This document shows positions 49,755 through 62,374 of a DNA stretch of 64,000 bases, piece after piece. Where the stretch lies: assembly GCA_002269645.1 (NCBI GenBank), contig NIVC01002991.1:62922-126921 (forward strand), written 5' to 3'. Origin of the DNA: Macrostomum lignano (Eukaryota). The notes beneath the pieces are model-generated. The model ran no database searches and was not told where the DNA came from. It saw only the letters and a program-made list of their open reading frames with translations. Numbering within the stretch: the stretch's first letter is position 1; every line of letters starts with the position of its first letter. The translations under genes were made by a program, and so were the position numbers.

Positions 49755-52235
49755 CTAGTTCCAAAAGTCGCCAGCAGCAAAAGCAGACTGCTGTTGAGCA
49801 GCGTATTGCTGCGGCTGCTGCTGCTGCTGCTGCTGTTGCGGAAAGCCAGCAGAATTGGCGGCACCTTTGAAGTTTAATCCGGCCATCTGGCTCTGTATCT
49901 GTGGGAATTGCCGCAAACGGTTAATAGTACTAATACTATTATTATTATTATACATTATTAGCTAAAGTTACTGAATTATTGTGGACATGGCGGGCCGCTG
50001 ACAGAGCAAGTAAAAGGGCAAAGAAAGTTCAAATGGGCTTTGAAAATTTCATTGTTGAAAAAAGCAGTTGCAATGGCAGACACCCAAGCCGTGGAATGGG
50101 ACATTCGAAGTTGAAAATCCCAATTTGAAGTCTTTCATGGTTCGAAGCTACGAATTCAACGGAACGGGGAGAATCTCATCTGGTTTGTCTATGGCCTAAT
50201 CCCATCTTTTGAAAGGCAATTTAAACATTTGATTAATAATTGTATATTGTTACCCCTCCTTTGCGGGCAGAAGGGGCGGGAGTGGTAACAATATACAATT
50301 GCTTTTGTCAGCGAAGTCGACAATAAAAGGCGATTCAAGTTCAGCCTTGATCCTATGCTCTTTCTTTACCAGCGAAATGGCCGTTTATGGCCAAACCTCA
50401 CCAAAAATAAAGCCTGAGAACTCGAAACGAGGCCAATTACCCAGTTCACAGGCCTGAATCTGTAGATTAAGTCTACTCGATCATTGCCTGCTCTTTTGGT
50501 GTCTATGGCGAGAACCGCGATCTAGGCCTTTCTCCCATAGACAACAAAATAACAGACAAATAATATATGCAGAGAATTTCAAAGCAAGTATTCTGGCCAC
50601 AGAGAACTTCATTTATAGTATATACCATAGACATGGATCTTATACTTAAGTATTGCGATGAAATATATTTTTTTCGTCTATGTCCATAGACTACTGACGA
50701 TTAGTTTTCAGTAGTGCAAGCGAACATTGTTTGTCCCCGAGTCATTATTGGGTGTCATTTTCTATTCATTGTCTGAATGGGGAGTGGCCAGTGGCCTATC
50801 TAGTGTATATAAGATCTATAATCTATCCTACAATAAAGTGCTAAAAATTAGTATAGAGGAAACCAAATAAAAAATATTAAGCAACACTTACTTGTAGCAA
50901 ATAAGCAGACTGATTATTGACATAGCCTGGTGGCTGAAATCCATAGTGCTGCTGCTGCTGCTGCTGTTGCTGAGAAGACGGTGTCGGCACGCCGCCAAAT
51001 TGCGGCGGACCAAACTGCCCACCTGTTGAGTAGAGAGCGCCAGCAGTTTGACTGTACAGAGCCGAGAACTGCTGCTGCTGCTGCTGTTGAGGTTGATGTT
51101 GCTGCTGCAGAAATGGATATTGTTGCTGCTGCGAAAATGAATATTGCTGTTGCTGCTGCGGCATAGGCTGGTAGCCAGTTGAATTGGCTACAGAAGCTAG
51201 TTGAGGAGTACTCATCGAGTATTGCATCCCGCCAAAGTGTTGCTGCTGCTGATTGTGAGCTAGAAATCCGCCGCCTCCACTAGAAGCAGCAGCAGCAGCA
51301 GCGGTATTCTGCTGACCATACAAAGCCATGATAGAATCTTTCATAGATTTCTTTGGAGCAGCGGCGGTGTTGGCAGAATTAGAAGAATCGCTGGCAAACA
51401 GGTCGGCAGCAGTGGCGGTCGTGGCGCTGCCCTCGCTTAAGAATGCCAAATCGTTGGCGTGCGAGCTGACGACTCCGCCACCGCCACCGCCGCCGCTAGA
51501 GAAGTCGCCAAATCCGTCATCGGCCAGACCGCCAAGCAGATCTGGCGGCGGCTGCTGCGGCACTGCTGAAGGAGGTGCCGGCTGCTGTGGCTGCTGCGGG
51601 GGCGGTTTCTCAGGCTTTGATTGAGACGCAGCCTGCGGCGGAGGCTTCACTGCCGCGGTGGTGTTGCCAGCAGAGCGCCTGGCTGGCGCGGGCGCGGGCG
51701 CCGGCAGCTTCGGCGACACGCCGTCAGCGGCGGCAGAGTTAGCAGCGGCGGCAGCTCGTCGCTGAGCAGTGTTGGTCTTGAGCAGATCGTACACAGCAGC
51801 TGGATCGGGTTTAGGCAGCACCCAGTCCCTGGCTAAGTAGCGCTTCTCCTCATACTTAGCCTTGATGAACTGCTCAAGCGTGGCGTCCGTCTGCGGCCGA
51901 CGGAATCCATCCGGCACGTTGGCCTCGTAGGCGGCTCTGGCTAGCGAGTTACCAATAGCGGCCACCCCAGCCACCTGTTCGGCTGTCCAGGAGTCCAAGT
52001 TGACAGATTTCACTCGCGAGATGTGCACGCCCAGCTTCCTGTGGATGCCGGCGCATCTGATGCAGAGGAATACGCCAATGTTCCAGCTGGCCCAGCGGGG
52101 ACTTTTAGCATCGCAGTCGGCGCAGTACTTATTGTCCTCGTCTCTTAGCAGCATGCCCAGCACGTCCTGGAGTAGGTCCTTCTCGCTCTTTGCAGCTGCT
52201 AGCTTGCCAGAGCGGTGTCCAGTGCTGGATGACAT
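49755..52235 (-). CDS. SMAP: Stromal membrane-associated protein (SMAP1/2-like ArfGAP), 2 coding exons, about 495 aa
   Basis: Exon 52235-50892 holds the ArfGAP zinc finger CADC-x16-CIRC and [20 protein letters not shown]...KYEEKRY, with donor CAA|GTAAGT. Exon 49898-49755 (acceptor CCCACAG|) encodes [10 protein letters not shown]...GDFWN*, similar to the SMAP C-terminus. Confidence 0.9.
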
Positions 52236-52701
52236 AGCAAGGTCAGTAGGATTGTCTGCTTCAGCTATTAATGGGGTGACGCTACTCTAGGGGCTGGACT
52301 GCAGGTTCATAAATAGAAAATTGGTATAGTCCATTTAACAATAAACAACTATAATAAGATAAATATTCTCTATTTAATTCTAGAGAATATTTATTATATT
52401 AAATAGCTTTCTAGGCTATAAGCAAAGTTGTTCATAAAAAAGGGATAACATTGGCCATAGACAAAATGATAAATACCTTTTTCTACTTTGGTTAAAAGAA
52501 TTATAAAGGGAGCTAAGAAAATTTATTACTTCTATCAACCTTACTATCCTTCTTTGCGAAATATTATTTGTAACCTATCAAAACATTAGAATATACAAGT
52601 AAAAATTTATTATTTCTATATTAATTAATTTAAAAAAAATATTACTAGGCCTATATTATCTTACACTTGATGCATTTCAATCAACTCAGATTATTATCAA
52701 G

Positions 52702-52892
52702 CAGGTGCGGATCCAGGAATTTCTTGAGGGAGGGGCAACTTTTTTCATACTGCCCCGAGTAGGAACCTATCCCAAGGCCTAAGCCCTTTCTTTATTTAGA
52801 AGGGGGCCAAAGGCCAAAAGCAGAATTTTTTTCGAGGCAGCTGAGGGGGGGGGGCCATGGCCCCCTTGCCCCCCTCCCAGGATCTGCCACTG
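52702..52892. mobile_element. hAT-type MITE (191 bp)
   Basis: CAG...CTG termini with imperfect TIRs (CAGGTGCGGATCCAGG vs CAGTGGCAGATCCTGG, 12/16), and a perfect 8-bp TSD TTATCAAG at 52694-52701 and 52893-52900. Confidence 0.85.
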
Positions 52893-54913
52893 TTATCAAG
52901 CAATATAAACTTAAAGTCGCTTTTATTAGAAACACAGGTTATAAACAATGTGGATTATGTAAAAAGTGAATTAAAAAATTTGTAGGCCCCCTACTCAAAG
53001 TTTTTAAGTATATTAGATCAAGATAAATTGAGCAAACAAGTGTTAGCAAAGTAAACAAAGTAAACAAAACAGAGTGCAAAAAGTATATGTGCACTTCTTT
53101 TCTAAAAGACTCAGAGTAAATGACCTACACCACCATGCACCAGCTAAGTATTTTATATTCAAATCAATATAGGCCTATTCAATTCAAATATAAATAAGCC
53201 CCCTACCAATGACAAAGTTATCAAATCAAACTAAATATAGTAACTAACAATAGTATTAGGCCTAATGTATAATGTTGTATGTTGTATTTATTAATTTTTA
53301 AATATAACTAGGGCATGAGATATTTAGACAATCTATTTGTCTTGTCTTAGTCTGGGTTTTATGCCTACTAATTTGCTTTGTTAATGCTCATTGTGCTGGC
53401 ACAGTGATAGTAACAAAAGAAATAATTTTGTATTAATTAACAACTCTTCAAAAGAGCACAAATAAAGGCTCTCCTGATCCTAGAGCAAGCAAAAGTCAAC
53501 TAAAAATGTAAGAATAACTTAATAAGATATGTCGTCATAACTGACTAAAGTCCCTAGGCCGCCTAGCTCTAGGGCCTCGGCTTAAATAGTGATGACACTA
53601 AATCTGCAAAACAAAAATCATAAGATTTTTTATTTTTTTCACGTTTGAGTCACCAGTCACACAATCATTATTAATATTGGTAAATGAGAAATGTGATATA
53701 TTTTTGTGATGATTTCGTGATACTCTCATTTCTATAGATTTCAAGGACTACTTAAGTCATCCTTGATAAATAAATTTCTTTCGGGCTGCTTTACACTTTT
53801 TTAAACAAAACATGTTGAACGAATTGCAAAATTAGACTTAAAAGTAAATTCAGCTATTCCTTACGCTTATTTATCGCTTTTAAACTTAAAAAACTTCACT
53901 ACCTTTGATAAAACATTGTTTACAGAAAGTATCAATGTTGCTTTTAATTTATTATTGATTTTATATTAATTCCAGTGACTATTCAATATTCGAGATTTTG
54001 TTGTGATCTGTTTGATCAAAAACACATAGTACATGCATGAGTGTTAAGACAGCGAAAGGTGCTTTTTTGTAGTAAATCAGCTGCAATAATAGCAATGAAG
54101 CTTACGTTAGCTAAATCTTGTTTGCATGGATTCCTGCCTCCTGCGCAGCGCACTATACGGCACTAGCATATATTTCAATGTTATAAATAATTTTCACCAA
54201 ACAATTAGTTAATTATTTTTGAGCTTTAGAATAAATCATGTATCTTATTTCAAATTCTTATCTTAATGGATATTAGAGGTAGGTAGAAAGCTTAGAATTT
54301 TAGCAAAATTTTCTTTTTAGTCACACAGTTATGTAGTCAAGTTAAGCAGTGTGCTTATGTGCCGTTAGTTTGTTAATTTGTCAGTAGCTAGATGCACGTT
54401 TTAAGGACCGTTTCTTTCTATACAGTCACAGAAATAGAAAAATGAGTATTAAATGAATAAATCGCTTTACTTTTTGATTTATCATATTGGCCTACCTATC
54501 ATAAACCACTTGCTTTATGAATTTTAAATGATGCCTTTCTGGTATATCTAAATTGTTAAATGTTCTAAACACATAAAATATACTTCTCCACGAAATTAAT
54601 TTTTAACCTAATTTTAACTTCAATATCATGGCCCAGTTGTTCCATTTTTTCTCTAGACTTTCTCTACTTTTCTACAACTTATAAACAAAGTTTACTTAAG
54701 AGTAAAAATAAGTTGTGCTTGTTTAATAACTCTTGATAAATATTTCCCTATTTTCTATATCTTTTTGAAGTCGAAGACCTACTTTATCAATAATTGTTTT
54801 CAATAATAAATAAACATTCTAGTTTTTTACTGTAAGTAATCCAAACATTTTTTCTTTCCAGTCGCCATAGTTTCAAGGCTTCAACAACCAAAATTATCAT
54901 TCAAGGCTTGGCA

Positions 54914-56684
54914 ATGTCTGGTGAAAACAAAGACAATGGTGACCCCTACTACTGCTCGGAGCAGATTCAGATCCCGCCCCCATTGCCAGACATCCTGAAG
55001 CAATTCACCAAATCTGCAATCCGCACCCAGCCGCCAGATGTGCTGGCTTGGGCAGCCGCTTACTTCCGTGCCATGGCCGACGGTGAAACTCCGCCAGTGA
55101 AGGAGCGCCTCGAGATGGCAACCGCAACGCAGAAGACGGACACCGGTCTCACTCCCGGTCTGCTCCGAGTGCTCAACAAGCAGCTGGGCCCAAAGAAGCA
55201 AGTTGAAGTAAGCGACATCACAGAAAAATGGAAGGCGCTAAATCTGCCGGAAGAGCGTCTGCAGGAACTGTTCCAGGTGAATACTGAATGCCATTCAGGG
55301 TGCAATCAGCGTATTTTTGTGATATTCGTTTTAGATAGCGAATCCTTTATTAAAATACAGTATGCATACATTGTACCACCAGGAATGTGCTCTTAGCGGC
55401 TCGATAGTTCTAGCACAGTCCGCTCCGTTCAGCGGGTCAAAAATATTTTTATGACAGGCTGTTTTTTAGAGGAACTTGGCTCACCTAGCACCTGACTTGG
55501 TTACCCTAGCACCTGACAATTGGCTCACCTAGCACCTGACTTGGTTACCCTAGCACCTGACAATTGGCTCCCCTAGCACCTGACTTGGTTACCCTAGCAC
55601 CTGACTTGGCTCCCCTAGCACCTGACTTGGTTACCCCAGCACCTGACTTGGCTCCCCTAGCACCTGACTTGGTTACCCCAGCACCTGACTTGGCTCCCCT
55701 AGCACCTGACTTGGTTACCCTAGCACCTGACAATTGGCTCCCCTAGCACCTGACTTGGTTACCCCAGCACCTGACTTGGCTCCCCTAGCACCTGACTTGG
55801 TTACCCTAGCACCTGACAATTGGCTCCCCTAGCACCTGACTTGGTTACCCCAGCACCTGACTTGGCTCCCCTAGCACCTGACTTGGTTACCCCAGCACCT
55901 GACTTGGCTCCCCTAGCACCTGACTTGGTTACCCCAGCACCTGACTTGGTTACCCCAGCACCTGACTTGGCTCCCCTAGCACCTGACTTGGTTACCCTAG
56001 CACCTGACAATTGGCTCCCCTAGCACCTGACAATTGGCTTCCCTAGCACCTGACAATTGGCTCACCTAGCACCCGGCGCCCCTAACAACTAAATCAATTT
56101 GCACCTTTTTGCACTGAGTTTGCGCCTTTGCAACTGAATTGACTCCCTTACAACTAACTTGGCGGCCTCTAGCAATTGAATCATTTGTCGCCCTAGCAAC
56201 TGAAATTGCGCCCTAGAAACTGAATTGTCGTCCTTGCAACTGAATTGAAGCCCTTAAAACCTAACTTGGCGCCCCTGGAACCCAAAACGACCCTGCTGTA
56301 TACCCTGTAACCAGCAGCAACACAACACCAAAACAAAATAACGCAAAGACTGGCGAACTCCTAACTACCCAGATCGGCGACTTCACTGGCAAAGTGGAAT
56401 GGCTGAAATTCTTCGCCGTCGCTTGCGCCTCCCTGTGCAGCGACCTGACCGGCACCATGAAGCTCATCTGCGAGCAGCTCACCGCCGATCCTGAGGGCGG
56501 CCCGGCTCGAGTGAATTTCGACACTTGGAAGCGATTGTACACCTACCTGTACCAGCTGAACTCAGAGGCCGATCCGCAAGTGATGGAGGCGGCTCTCGGC
56601 TACCTGGCCTCGGATGTCGAGCGTCAGAAAGGCGTCATCCAGCCCAGGAACTTCCTGCACCAGGACTGCCCGCCGTTGCAGTGA
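54914..56684 (+). CDS. ROPN1L: Ropporin-1-like protein (RIIa-type docking domain, radial-spoke/AKAP-binding), 2 coding exons, about 224 aa
   Basis: Exon 54914-55276 (QIQIPPPLPDILKQFTKSAIRTQP...TQKTDTGLTPGLL, donor CAG|GTGAAT) plus exon 56373-56684 (CTAAC branch point, CCCAG|; EWLKFFAVAC...ICEQLTADPEGGPAR). Confidence 0.92.
55480..56075. repeat. Alternating 21-bp minisatellite in the ROPN1L intron
   Basis: CTAGCACCTGACTTGGTTACC alternating with CTAGCACCTGACTTGGCTCCC. A degenerate GCAACTGAATTG array follows to about 56280. Confidence 0.95.
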
Positions 56685-57924
56685 TATTCAACAAATACTA
56701 CTGATAGCATAACCTACTGTCTACGAGTGTTTTGTCTATTAATTTGAAATCATATTTTTTCTTGTCGTTTTTTCAAAGCTTACTACTAATAGTAAGTAGA
56801 TCACGTTGAGTTATTAAATCTATGAAGGCTATTTTTCGCCGCAAAATGCACCAGAAAGATGCGTACGAAGTAATTGGACAGACAGATTTTCAGAAGCACG
56901 AGAACTCACTAGTTTCATTTGAAGGTCAAGGTTTCGATTTTCTAGCAAAAAGGAAATTTAGCCTTAAAATAGCCACATCTGTAGTTTGTACCTTAAAAGA
57001 AGCCTAATTAGATTTCCGAGATTTATAACAAAAAACGGCAGTGATTTTTACTACTTGTAAATTATGATTATTTTTTAATCCATGATATATCTGATAAAGG
57101 TATTTTAAACCTTTAATATTCGATCTGTTTGTGCACTGTTTGAATTTTTATTGAAATTTTCAATATTTCCTTTGCTGTGATCAATATCTGGCCCAAGTTT
57201 CGTAGCAGTCTAACGTAAAAATGTGTTTTTTAAATTGTTGTTTTTCAATCAAATTCTAGATTAGTTCTCGATAACAAAGTGAAAGACAGTTTTTTCAGGT
57301 GTTAACACTTCCCTAAACCCTGGCTAGGTTTAGAGAAGCTTATATCCTCGCAAGACTTATAACATAATTTTTTTCAAAATAAAATATCTAATTATTAACT
57401 CAACGAGCCACACCGAGTTTAATAAACATGATATATGTACCCCGTTTGTTTAAATACACGATTTACACAGTTAAAAAACAGTGCAACAAGTCAGCAAATG
57501 ATGATAACATGATTAATAAGCCACAAAGTTATGCTGGCTGTTTTGCTTTTAGGAAATCATTTTTCCTCTAAAATAAAAAAGAGACCAAGGCCTTGATTAA
57601 AGGCCAGAGTAAAAACTTTCTTAGATTTTAACAGATTAATAAAACAAAGTTTTTGCATTTTTTGGAAAGCAAATATTTTTTATTATTAAGCTTAATTATC
57701 TGTTACAATTTGATTTAATTAATTAATAAGATACAAAATTCACAAGGAGCATGTAGTTTTGAGTAACACACTTACACTTTATCCGGATGCCTCAAACGAA
57801 ACTGATATCATAGAAAATGCTTTGTAACACGCGCGCAATATTTTAGCTTGAACTATTTTATTTAACCACGATCTGGATAAGGTTTTGAATGAGTTCAAGT
57901 GCTGAGTATGCAGTATAAGTTATC

Positions 57925-58405
57925 AGTGAGGGAGATGGGAGGGCAGGGAGATGGGAGGACAGGGAGATGGGAGGACAGGGAGATGGGGAGGACAGGGAGA
58001 TGGGAGGACAGGGAGATGGGAGGACAGGGAGATGGGAGGACAGGGAAAAGGGAGGACAGGGAGATGGGAGGGCAGGGAGATGGGAGGACAGGGAGATAGG
58101 AGGACAGGGAGATGGGAGGACAGGGATATGGGAGGACAGGGAGATGGGAGGACAGGGAGATGGGAGGACAGGGAGATGGGAGGACAGGGAGATGGGAGGA
58201 CAGGGAGATGGGAGGGCAGGGAGATGGGAGGACAGGGATATGGGAGGACAGGGAGATGGGAGGACAGGGAGATGGGAGGGCAGGGAGATGGGAGGACAGG
58301 GATATGGGAGGACAGGGAGATGGGAGGACAGGGAGATGGGAGGACAGGGAGATGGGAGGACAGGGAGATGGGAGGACAGGGAGATGGGAGGACAGGGAGA
58401 TGGGG
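57925..58405. repeat. 16-bp G-rich minisatellite
   Basis: GGGAGATGGGAGGACA, about 29 copies. Confidence 0.95.
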
Positions 58406-58493
58406 ATAGCAGAAAAGGATAAGTAATTTGGCCAATCAGGATAAGCGTGAAGCTAGCCAGATTATTCAATAAAGAAAAGAATGGAGTTGAAGA

Positions 58494-61400
58494 TCACTGC
58501 CGCATGGTGGCCCTATTCATAACATCGTCAAGGGACACTGGGTGCCATTGGCCCTCAGTCAGCCAGTAAATTACGCCGCGTTCAACGCAAATTTGTAGCC
58601 GACCAAAATTGAACACCTGCTTGCCGTGATGCCGGCGGCCGGTGGGGGCGAACACGATGCCGTGCTCCTGGGCCCGGCGTTCTAGAAGGTCCCTGGCGCC
58701 CAGCAGGCCGTGATTATAGTTCACTACAGTGGCTGGCTGAGCCTGCGGCGCTACGGAAGAGCTGGAAGCGGTGGCCGCGGCGGCGGCAGCGGCAGCGGCG
58801 CCGGCGGCTACAACGGCAGCCGGTTCCTGGCCGGAGAAGGCGGCGTCCATCAGGCGAAGGGCCTGCGGGATGGTGAATTAAATAATTAGAGTAGAAATAT
58901 ATTAAAATAGAGGAGAGGGAGGTGAGAAAGCAGGATGGAAGAGGAGAGATGAGAAAAGAGAGATGAGAGGAGAAGAGAGATGAGGGGAGAAGAGAGATGA
59001 GAGGAGAAGAGAGATGAGGGGAGAAGAGAGATGAGGGGAGAAGAGAGATGAGAGGAGAAGAGAGATGAGGGGAGAAGAGAGATGAGAAAGGTTAGGAAAG
59101 AGGAAGTGAGGGTAGAACAGGCAGAGAAAGTATAACGATGCAGAGCGGGTAGGCGAAAATCGGGTGCACAGACCTGACCCAGCTGGTGCTGCACCCCGGG
59201 CAGGTCCAGACACGCAGGTGGCAGCTGGTCCCGCCAGCCGGCGTACCAGGCGGCCACCTGGGCCATGTCGACACCGGGGCTGGCTAGCCAGGCCGACAGG
59301 GCCCGGTGAAATCCCGGGAAGAAGCCGCGCTCGAGCAGCGAAGCAATCTGCTGCGGACTGAGCAGATCCCACCAGGCCTTGCACCAGACCCACTGCTCCA
59401 GCGGCTGGCCAGACGGGTCAATTCGCATCCCGGACAGACAGTCGATCAGCTTGGGCAAAACGTGCCGCTGCAGGAAGGCCGCCAGCAGTTGGGGTCGCAC
59501 GGCGCCGCGCCATGGCGTTAGGACGCCTTTGGCACTCAGGTCGTCCGGGCGCCACTGGCCAAAGCACTGGCCGAGCTTCTGCAATACCTGCAGTATTCGT
59601 GTGTTAAGGTATTGGTTATACAGGCTTTGGCATCATTGCCAGATCCGCAATATTTAGCAGCAGAAAACTACGGATAAGCATCAGATAGCAATGGATAAGC
59701 ATCAGATCCCAATGGATAAGCATCAGATCCCAATGGATAAGCATCAGGTCACAATGGATAAGCACCAGATCCCAATGGATAAGCATCAGGTCACAATGGA
59801 TAAGCATCAGATCCCAATGGATAAGCATAAGAACCCAATGGATAAGCATCAGGTCACAATGGATAAGCATCAGGTCACAATGGATAAGCATCAGATCCCA
59901 ATGGATAAGCATCAGATCCCAATCGATAAGCATCAGATACCAATGGATAAATACCAGGTCACAATGGATAAACAGCAGTCTCTCACCTGCTCGTGCATGG
60001 CATCCAGCGCCAGCTCGGCAGACCAGGGCTGCAACCACTCGTGCACAGGCTGCGGATCCCTAGTCGGATCCCACAGTTGCAGCTCCCTCTGCAGCGCGGG
60101 CTTCACAACGGTATTAATCAGATCTTCAATGCCGGGCGCCTGGCCTCGCAGCGCCTGCACCAAAGCCAGAGCTTCGGCCGGTTGCCTCGGACTCCACTGG
60201 GCCAGCGCGCGTCGAACCTGCGGCAGCAGCGACTCGGACAGGATGGCGTCAATTGAATCGTTGGCAGGCGCCAGAGCTTCGCGCACCAGCCGAGCGCAAG
60301 CGGCGCCTCTGCCGGGCTCTAGCAGAGGTTGCCAGCCATCCAGAGAGCGCCTAGCAGCCGGTGTAACCATAGCAGCGGCTAGCGGCCGGTACGCGGCCGG
60401 CGCTGACTGCAGAAACTTCTTGGCCAGGTCGCACACGTCCGGCAGGCCGGCGCCCCGGTTAGCAACCGAGTCGTAGGCGTCCAGCAGCCGGATGAGGCTG
60501 TCCAACTCGGCTAGCTGAACAGCCCGACGGCCTCGCTGCAGTCGCTGGGTCTCGGCTCGCAGGCTGGCCAATTTGTCGCGATCCTCCCGCTGCTGCCGAT
60601 CGGTTCGAACGATTTCAGCCTCGGCTGCGTCGGCCAATCTGGCCAGGTTGTGCATCAGGGCGGGACAGTCGAACCGGCACTGGCCACCCTGCTGCTGCTG
60701 GCCCTCGGCTGCTGCCGAACCGAGCGCGTCATCGTCCGCGCCGGCCGCCGATCGGGATAGCGCCGAATAGCCGTCGTACACCCGCTGCTGAGGCCCGGTC
60801 ATGTCGATCACCTGGATAGAATATTGGGTAGATACGATAGCTGGGATTAAACGATAACTACGAACTGGTATAGGGTAAAATTAACAACAACCTGAAGGAC
60901 TAGGGGTACTACAGGCTGAAAAACTGAATAGAGACAGTAACAATGGCCTGAAGGACGAGATCGAGAGAGGGGTAACAATGACCTGAAAGACAGGAGAGAG
61001 GGGGTAAAATGATCTGAAGGACAGGAGAGGGAGGAAAATAAAACCTGAAGGACTGTAGGAGAGGGTAACTATAACCTGAAGGACTGTAGGAGAGGGTAAC
61101 TATAACCTGAAGGACTGTAGGAGAGGGTAACTATAACCTGAAGGACTGTAGGAGAGGGTAACTATAACCTGAAGGACTGTAGGAGAGGGTAACTATAACC
61201 TGAAGGACTGTAGGAGAGGGCAACTATAACCTGAAGGACTGTAGGAGAGGGCAACTATAACCTGAAGGACGGTAAGCTGAAGGATTGAATGATACACCTG
61301 AAGCCTGAAGAACCAGAGGTAGCGTCGCGTGATTGAAGAAGGTCCGAGAATTGCAGGGAAACGGAGTTATAATTCACTCCACAATTGCATTGCAATAGAC

Positions 61401-62263
61401 AGAACAAACCTTGACTTTGGCGCCATTGTCTAGCACTGGCACGCCGCCTGGCGCTTTTTTTAGCTCCGTCCCGTAGAATCTCTTCTCGTGTTTTTATGGC
61501 GTACCTTGGCTGCTGCTGCTGCTGACTTCGCTTGTAGCGGGCTGCAGCAGCAAGTGAGGCGGCTTTGGCGGTCGCGTCCGTCACCGTCTCTTCGTTGCCG
61601 CGCCTGGGCACCGGCGCCGATTGTTCGGGATAAAATCCCACAGCCTCTTTGCCTTTGCGCTTTGTAGCCTGAACGGGAGTGACAATACCAGCTAGGTCTT
61701 TGCCGAGGCCTTTGCCCTGCTTGTAGCCCATCTGCTCCAGCAGCTTCATGCCGATGCCGCGGGTGTGCCGCTCCCAGTGGCCGAAGCCCTGCTCCGCCTG
61801 GGCCTGCTGCTGCTGGCGCTGCCGATCATTGGCCGACTGTTTTGGCCGCTGCGGCTGCCTGCGCTCGCCTGGCGCTGCTCGATCAGCCGCACGCTCAGCA
61901 TCTCCTCGTCGCTCTCATCCGTGATGTCGCCGCCGCCAGCTTCATCAGCCGCTGCTCCTCTTCCTCCTTCATCGTCATCATCATCCATGGCCGACTGGCC
62001 GCCTTTGACGCCGCCGCTAACGAAACTGATGGGACCGCCGGCTCGGTCTCGGCCGGCTCCGCCGCCGCGGCGACGCCGGTTGCCGAAGCCGCGGCGATTG
62101 CCGAAGGCGTCATCGTCGTCCTCGTCTTCGGAGTCGCTGGCGAACACGCCCGCCCAAGCCTGCTTCTTGACATTCGGCGCCGCTGGGCCAGCGGGTCCAT
62201 GGAATATTTCCAATCGGCCCCCGTCATGTCGAAGCGCTCCATCTCTTCTTCATCGTCATCCAT
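58494..62263 (-). CDS. TFIP11: Tuftelin-interacting protein 11 (G-patch spliceosome disassembly factor, Ntr1/Spp382 orthologue), 4 coding exons; exon 1 has 3 frameshifts as assembled
   Basis: Exons 62263-61410, 60811-59987, 59587-59174 and 58862-58494, all GT-AG phase 0. Motifs include [28 protein letters not shown] (G-patch), KVK|[28 protein letters not shown] and [21 protein letters not shown]. Single-base indels at about 62169, 61866 and 61455-61461. Confidence 0.9.
58905..59110. repeat. AG-rich minisatellite in TFIP11 intron 3
   Basis: GAGATGAGGGGAGAAGA or GAGATGAGAGGAGAAGA units. Confidence 0.9.
59680..59972. repeat. 21-bp minisatellite in TFIP11 intron 2
   Basis: ATGGATAAGCATCAGATCCCA or ...GGTCACA, about 14 copies. 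Confidence 0.95.
60890..61270. repeat. 31-bp minisatellite in TFIP11 intron 1
   Basis: CCTGAAGGACTGTAGGAGAGGGTAACTATAA x7 at 61044-61270, with degenerate copies to the left. Confidence 0.9.
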
Positions 62264-62374
62264 TGTAGGTTGTGCGCTTGGGCGTTAGCGGCTGCTGGCT
62301 GCAATGTTCAGTGAGCGGGTAGGTGAGGGGTCAGCGAGTGCGCTCAAGTTCTCACCTGCGATATCTGAAACTCC

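Noticed and set aside
61455-61461. A7 run as a programmed ribosomal frameshift site in TFIP11
   Set aside because: Two further unrelated indels lie upstream in the same exon, so sequencing error or decay is the simpler explanation.
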